From: Negaprion brevirostris | Taxonomy: Eukaryota | Length of the DNA stretch: 64,000 bases | Direction: 5' to 3' | Assembly (NCBI GenBank): GCA_030324005.1 | Contig: JARDVH010000099.1 | Location: 42,209,788-42,273,787 of the forward strand | Shown here: positions 63,271-64,000 of the stretch, piece by piece | Numbering within the stretch: position 1 is the first letter of the stretch | Layout: every line of letters starts with the position of its first letter | Notes under the pieces: generated by a model | What the model was told of the DNA's origin: nothing | What the model saw: the letters and a program-made list of their open reading frames with translations, nothing else | Database searches by the model: none | Translations under genes and position numbers: made by a program

Positions 63271-64000
63271 TTGGGGATTTTTTTGGTATTCTTTCACAGA
63301 GAAAATGTACAACAAAAGGTCTGTCTTTGCACTAGAAAAAGAACTGAAAAACCAAGTACAATTCTCATTTTGAGTGAAGAATTACAAAACAAGCAGTAAT
63401 TCTCCACTCAGGAATTCAAGTCATGTCAGAGTTTGAATCAAGACTGAACTGTGGTATGGAGCAGTCCTTTTGGTACAACCAAAACCGCATCAGCAAGCAA
63501 GTTATTGGTGTGTGGTCTTTGCAGAACTGATGATGATTGGAAATTGGCTATTGAACAGTATTTGACCTGCTTTGTTGCAGTACAAGTCTGAACCAGTATA
63601 TCTGATACAGAACAAATAATTAAAACTAAAAGCTTTAATTTTGTATATGTCTATACAAAGACATATTGTATGTCTTTAATAAAGATGCATGATTGTTAAA
63701 CATAGAGTTATTTGAAAATGTCAAAGAAAATGATAGTGCACTTCCATAATGTGTTCTCTCCTCAAACATTCCTAATTGAGATAAAAACCTGAATAAAAAA
63801 GCCCAAGGTATAACATTGAGCTTCAATAAACAATTCCAAGTTGGGAAGTTTTGAAAGGCTTCATGCAGGGTTCAATGCTTGGGATATATACTTTTCTCAT
63901 CTTCATTCCTGTCCTGAATATTGAAGTGAAATACAAGCTGCTCAAACTTAACAGCACTAACATAGGGAATGATAGAAGAGGTAAAAGCCATTCAACCCCT

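Overview
Vertebrate genomic DNA, almost certainly from a cartilaginous fish (shark), judged by abundant HE1/V-SINE-type tRNA SINEs and CR1 LINEs. It is a draft assembly with many N-gaps. The window holds the complete 14-exon ERLEC1 (XTP3-B) CDS on the minus strand (40815 to 15970, about 478 aa, all splice phases consistent). It also holds CHAC2 exons 2-3 on the minus strand, with exon 1 presumably right of the window. The order matches the conserved GPR75-ERLEC1-ASB3/CHAC2 block. A CpG-rich ERLEC1 promoter carries ETS, triple CCAAT and UPR-type elements. One orphan MAP3K20/ZAK kinase exon sits inside the ERLEC1 3' UTR region between two copies of a ~75-bp duplication, probably a chimeric assembly. 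The rest is mostly repeats: CR1, L2-like, Rex1/Babar, Jockey/I-like, Gypsy pol remnants, a solo LTR and Penelope-like elements. The most interesting non-genic signal is a set of minimal hammerhead-ribozyme motifs (CUGANGA...GAAA-palindrome-UH) from three repeat families. One family is a non-coding fold-back element present in at least five copies. Most short ORFs in the supplied track are spurious or repeat-derived.
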